Of a DNA stretch of 64,000 nucleotides, positions 59,295-64,000 are shown one piece after another (position 1 is the first letter of the stretch; every line of letters starts with the position of its first letter). The translations under genes were made by a program, and so were the position numbers. The stretch comes from the human T2T-CHM13v2.0 reference genome, Homo sapiens: assembly GCF_009914755.1 (NCBI RefSeq), contig NC_060932.1; one strand, written 5' to 3'. The notes beneath the pieces are model-generated. The model was not told the DNA's origin. It did not search any database and was given only the letters and a program-made list of their open reading frames with translations.

Positions 59295-60022
59295 GGCCAG
59301 GCATGGTGGCTCATGTCTGTAATCCCAGCACCCTGGGAGGCCAAGGCAGGCAGACTGCTCGAGCCCGGGAGTTCAAGACCAGCCTGGGCAACATGGTGGA
59401 CTCCCATCTCTACCAATCAATCAATCAATACAAAGAAATACAAAAGTTAGCTGGGGCTGGGCGTGGTGGCTCATGCCTGAAATCCCAGCATTTTGGGAGG
59501 CTGAGGCAAGCAGATCACATGAGGCCAGAAGTTTGAGATCAGCCTGGCCAACGTGGCAAAACCCTGTCTCTATTATAAACAAACAAACAAAAAATTGGGC
59601 ATCGGGGCACATACCTGTAATCCCAGCACTTTGGGAGGCTGAGGCAAGCAGATCACATGAGGCCATGAGTTCAAGATCAGGCTGGCCAACATGGTGAAAC
59701 CCTGTCTTTACTAAAAATGAAAATATAAAATTCAGTTACTAAGAGGCTGAGGTGGGCGGACGGCTTGAGCCTGGGAGGCAGAGATTGCAGTGAACAGAGG
59801 TTGCTGCTACTGCACTCCAGCCTGGGCGACAGAGTGAGACTCCGTTAAAAAAAAAATACTGAAAATTTAAAAATTAGTTGGGCATGGTGGCATGTGTCTA
59901 TGGTCTCAGCTCCTAACGAGGCTGAGACAGGTGGATCAACTGAAGGCACAGGCTGTAGTAAGCTGTGATCATGCCACTGTACAGCCTGGGTAACAGTGAG
60001 AGAGACCCTGTCTCCAAGAAAA
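59295..60022 (+). mobile_element. Nested Alu cluster: older Alu split by a younger Alu with a duplicated left arm
   Basis: Three left-arm and two right-arm segments. Confidence 0.85.
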
Positions 60023-60684
60023 TTTTTTAAAAAACGGGCAAATTATCTAACATTTAGAATTTGAAAAGTATGTTCTCTATACCATAGAAAAACTAAAAAC
60101 TCATTTAAAAAACACACACAAGGGAGAAAGTTTTAAGGTTATCTAGTAACCCAAGAATCTTGAGATACATCCAAATTCTTCCATAGTTCCCCAGCAATTA
60201 GAATGGATGTCATTCCCTTTATCTAAAACGTTCTAGTGCCTATAGAATCCCGTCCATCAACGCCCTAGCATGCTGTTCCAGATTTGCTGCGTTTGGCTGA
60301 CCAAGTCTTGAGCCTCATTTCCCACTAAATTTTTCCCTTGTACACTATGTGGTCTTTGGCTCATGTTATTGTTTCCTAAGCTTCAGGTGTCCTCTCCCTT
60401 CTAGCACACACATCTACTCCTCCTGCAAGGCTCAAATCAGATGTCTCTATGAAGCCTGCGGAAACCCTCGACTGACATGACTTCACAATCTCGTAGCACT
60501 GTTGTTAAGCCTCTAATAGGGCACTTCTTTAACTGTCTTGAAATAAAATACATGAGATGAATTAAAGGATACTCTACCGTTTGAGAGAATTTTTACTACA
60601 ATTTTGTAAAAAGACATTTTTAAAAGACAACCGTTTCACAGGGCCTGATAGTAAAAAATAATAAATAAAAATAAAAAATAATAA

Positions 60685-61030
<346 letters not shown>

Positions 61031-62215
61031 TGAATGAAATAGGCTCCAGATCCCACTGAGTCCTCAAGCTCCAAGGACCTTGCTATATTAAAGCCTTTAG
61101 GTCCTACAAGTGCTGTTGCTGAAATGTGCTCAAGTTATATTTGGTGTTCCCAATTAAACTCCAATAGACCACACCTAAACCAGACTCACTGTGGGTGACT
61201 CTTGCCTTACAACAAGTTTTATACACCAAAACTTCTGGGCATCTCTTTTACTCATTTCCCAGGAGGACACAGAACACAGGCACAATGCAACTTGTTTAAA
61301 AGAACAACAGAAATTATCTTCTGTCATTCAAAGCAGAGGAGCAGATATCAGGTATCAAAGTACACTTTGGTTATCCAATCAATCACTTTCATTTGTTGGC
61401 TTTTGGGCAAACTTTTTTAAAAAATGAGTTACCTAAAGAACAACATGGTCGCGAAAGGAGATAAAAAGACTGCAGCATAACCCGAACTCCACCCCTTCGG
61501 AAGGCGTAGCTGTCCTTTGGCTGCACTGCTCCCACTGCAGTGTAGACATGGAAGTATCTGCTTCCCGTTTCAGGGTTCTCTAATCACAGACTGGATTCTT
61601 TCAACCTAAACCATCTATGAGAACAGAGCATCTTGGGGAAAGGCCAATACCATTTTCAGCTATGGAAAATACCTACAAGAGCCATTTACTGGGGAAGGAG
61701 CTTCCCTGAAACCATTCATTCTAGGAGGCAACATTGTTAAGGGCAGAGAATAATGGACTGCCTATCCAGAAAGCGAGGCAGAGGCAAAACAACTTAGAGG
61801 TTAAAAGCAAGGACTTGTGACACCGACCACCTTGGTTCAAATCCTGACTCTGACGTTTGCTTCTGTGCCTCAGTTTGCCCATCTATAAAATGGGGTAGGA
61901 GTGCACCTAAGTGCATAAAATAGGGCAGCTACTATTAATCTGGTTCTGAAGCTAAACGCCTGCATGACCTCAATCAAGTCACTTAACATCTCAGCTTCCT
62001 CATCTGTAAAGTGAAAGTATTAAATACACACCCTTCTGCAGCTCTAGAATGGCTCTGAACTTAAGTATAGTACCACCTAACTCAATGTACCAGGATTAGC
62101 AGTCTCAACTTGCTTAATTTTATTAGTCATATAGTAATTTCACATAAAATCAGTTTGATCACCGTATTTTTAGTTCCAGTTCTCCAAGGTCAACCCTCAG
62201 TTCAACATGACATCA

Positions 62216-62533
<318 letters not shown>

Positions 62534-63390
62534 CACGACATCAAACAGGTTCCCTCATGAAGACATGTTGCAAATAAATAAGCTATAGAAAATAGCCAAA
62601 AAAGGATTTGGTCTTGCTATTCATATTCAGTTCTGAGTTCAGTGTGTAATTTATAGTAACAGAATAAATATAACAAAAAAAAAATAGAAAAAGTATGGGA
62701 AGAAAGGTAAGTTTACTATAACTTGAGAAAAGTTGAAACAATGTCTTTGTATTAACTTCTGAAAACATTTTCATAAACTGGAACCATCCAGGCTCACAAA
62801 AGCAAAAACCTTCCTTTCTGTTGCCAACAAAACAGCACCAAATACTTTTATGTACATTCCTGTGTTTTCCTCCAACTGCCTTTTTCACTCTAGCTCTTGA
62901 AATATGGTCTTTATTATAGGTGGAGTTCTCATACTTTATGAGCCAGCCTGCCATTTTAGATGCTGTAAAAGCCCAGTGGATGTATCACTGCAACCCTAAA
63001 GAGTAAGGAAATTAAAGGATAAAAGTATAAAGTATAGGGTTATATCTTGCTTCACGTCCAAGGATGCACAGAGGTCATCTATGTATAAAACTGCTTTTTT
63101 TTTTCAAATTCCTCAAAACTGTGCACAACTCCAGTAAACAGAAGGCAGGCTTTCCCTTCAGTTCTGCATAGATTCACATCAGGATAAAACTCAAACGTTT
63201 TGGGCACAGGCTTATTGGCCACACTCCTTTCAACTCCAATTTCCCTACGCCGCTACTTCTGCCAACCAGTACAGCTCACTGTGGTTGCTCAAGTTCACCA
63301 ATAACATGTCAAGCATTATCCTCCAACCCCCTTTTAACTGTTAACTTAGGAAACACTGAGTGACTATTGTGTGTCAGACATAATGGTCAA

Positions 63391-63744
63391 CATATTAGTC
63401 CATTCTCACAGCGCTAATAAAGACACACCCAAGACTGGGCAATTTATAAAGGAAAGCCGTTTAGTGGGCTCACACTTCCACATGGCTGGAGAGGCCTCAT
63501 CGTCATGGTGGAAGGCAGAGGAGGAGCAAAGGCATGTCTTACATGGTGGCAGGCAAAAGAGCAGGTGCAGGGGAACTGCCCTTTATAAAACCATCAGACC
63601 TGGTGAGACCTATTCATTATCACTAGAACAGCATAGCTCCCATGATTCAATTACCTCCCACCAGGTGCCTCCCATGACACACGGGGATTATGGGAACTAC
63701 AATTAAAGATGAGATTTGGGTGGGGATACAGCCAAACCATATCA
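63391..63744 (-). mobile_element. THE1-type MaLR solo LTR
   Basis: Minus strand begins tgatatggtttggctgtatccccacccaaatctc; 5-bp TSD gtcaa/gtaaa. Confidence 0.9.
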
Positions 63745-64000
63745 GTAAACAAGGCAGATATGCTCTCTGGCATGGCAGTTTGAGGTTATAATTGAGCAGC
63801 CATGAGAGATGATTTTTAAAAAGCAACTATGTTAAAGATGAATGTTATTTTTAAAGATTTAAAATGTTACTTTAAAGGAGCAATGCAATAGAACACATAG
63901 CCTAGTCTAAGGACATCAGCCTTCCTGGAGAAAGTGACAGCGAAACTGACACTGAGGACCAGGAGCAGGAAAGCCCCAGGCAAGATAACAAGACATATTT

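Overview
Primate (very likely human) intronic DNA from the minus-strand PSD3 (EFA6D/EFA6R, ARF6 GEF) gene. Four Sec7-domain coding exons (35475-35669, 35293-35373, 32036-32148, 30061-30119) splice in frame with canonical GT-AG sites. An internal alternative first exon (coding part 39526-39557) gives the N-terminus MGSSWCLYGCC. The rest is intron. Bases 1-18 kb are a nest of old L1 fragments containing a processed RPL35 pseudogene, LTRs, Alus and Tigger1; further Alus, L1, L2/MIR, DNA transposons and simple repeats lie elsewhere. Main observations: (1) a candidate 3-nt GTG (Val) microexon at 27837-27839 with a full set of splice signals; (2) the four exons total 448 nt and, if back-spliced, carry a 447-nt ORF whose stop lies 1 nt before its own start (TGA-A-ATG); (3) an overlapping uORF and a predicted acylation motif in the short-isoform first exon; (4) an L1 with an apparent short 3' transduction. 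Most ORFs in the supplied track are repeat-derived or spurious. Repeat subfamily names and boundaries are by eye and approximate.
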